Source: Marsupella aquatica (taxonomy: Eukaryota; Plantae; Marchantiophyta). Taken from it: a DNA stretch of 64,000 nucleotides. Position 1 is the stretch's first letter, and every line of letters begins with the position of its first letter. The position numbers and the translations under genes were made by a program. Shown here piece after piece: positions 63,114 through 64,000 of the stretch. A model generated the notes under the pieces. The model was not told the origin of the DNA, searched no databases, and saw only the letters and a list, made by a program, of their open reading frames with translations. The stretch lies in the NCBI GenBank assembly GCA_973895155.1, contig OZ316894.1, positions 9,461,440 through 9,525,439 of the forward strand, given 5' to 3'.

Positions 63114-64000
63114 GCCATCCGGAGCAGGAGTCCATATAACTGGTGCGCTCAAGATTGGGGCTATTGGCTGTCCATTGTGCTGCCCAAGGTCTTCAAACTT
63201 GTGCAATGCAGCCACCAAAGGTCCATGGGCTGCTTGGAGCCGTTGTACCACCTTTGGTTGATGATCCACGTTGCTGGAAAGTGCTGCTATACATGCAGTA
63301 GCATGTGCAGCAGCCACCTCATCGTCATCCTCCTCAATCCAATCTTGCAATGGGTGGTTGACATAGGTAGCTGTGTGCACTGCTTTCAACACACATTGGT
63401 GAGCCATAGGTGTATGGGCACCATGCAAATCAAGTGGAATGTAGCCCAAGTGTGAGCCATCAGTATGCCAATCAACTCTGTAGTATGCATGCTCATGCCA
63501 GTTGTCAATGGTAAAACCTGGTGGGAACAAAGCCTCCTGGCCAATGAGCACATCATACGTAGTGGCATTAGTAACCAAACATCTGACTGGGAAATGCAGT
63601 TCTTGATCTGTACCTCCATTAAAAGTGAGAGTGAGTAAAGTAGACCTCTCACCCAGCACATCCTCCACAGTGCCACTAGCAGTCCGAATGTGCCACTTGG
63701 ATTGCTGTAAATGATCAGTCAACAGTCCCATCTTCTTGGCAAACTGAATGCCCAATATCACTGGTTGAGCACCTATGTCTAGCATGACCACCTGAGGAGT
63801 GTGACCCTCCAACTTGACCACTGAATTCCTGTTGTCAACAATGGCAATGGTGGTGGAAACTGAAGTCCTGTCACTAGGCACCACTCTCGGCAAATGATGA
63901 GGTGCCTTGTGAAGGGAGTTAGTGTCCACGGTCTTTCCACTCAACAACATAGCCAGGAAAGATGGAGCAGCATGACCAGAATCAAGTGTAGCTCTGGTCA

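Larger units (their letters stand above)
58836..64000 (-). mobile_element. Ty3/gypsy pol (PR-DNMT-RT-RH-INT-PHD), decayed; 5' part lies beyond the window
   Basis: Protease VMLDIGAQ..DVLIG; RT RMCGDYRPLN, DLRQGFNQ, MPFGLKNAP, YIDD; RNase H LHTDWS..AYASR..ECLAVVW..YTDHQPL; integrase H(YERG)H..CEQC, WSCDLAG, TDQG, AERMVQ. In-frame TAGs at 62889 and 58887, and frameshifts near 60280 and within integrase. Confidence 0.95.

Noticed and set aside
58836-64000. CpG scarcity as proof that the element methylates itself
   Set aside because: The copia pol looks similarly CpG-poor by eye, so host silencing is a sufficient explanation.

Overview
Eukaryotic, intron-containing land-plant DNA; a non-seed plant is likely, but that is inferred from the gene and TE content. 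Three host genes look intact: SUMO-activating enzyme subunit 1 (minus, 13348-16899), a type II metacaspase with an expanded Arg/Glu/Tyr repeat linker (28396-30558) and an LDIP-like lipid-droplet membrane protein (45500-48340). They lie between the arms of a large inverted duplication (~2154-7703 and ~49549-53957), and each arm carries a disabled BAHD acyltransferase. The rest is TE-rich: a decayed MULE/SWIM transposase, several MITEs, a SINE with a 15-bp TSD, an RPA70-like OB-fold remnant, probable Penelope-like and CRE-like RT remnants, and a Ty1/copia whose 3' end is disrupted by a hairpin-rich 178-bp array and telomeric repeats. The standout is a Ty3/gypsy pol at the right edge (minus, 58836 to beyond 64000) with domain order protease - DNMT3-like C5 cytosine methyltransferase - RT - RNase H - integrase - PHD finger, i.e. 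a retrotransposon encoding its own DNA-methylation writer and a histone reader. All calls were made by eye from motifs, with no database searches, and boundaries marked ~ are approximate.
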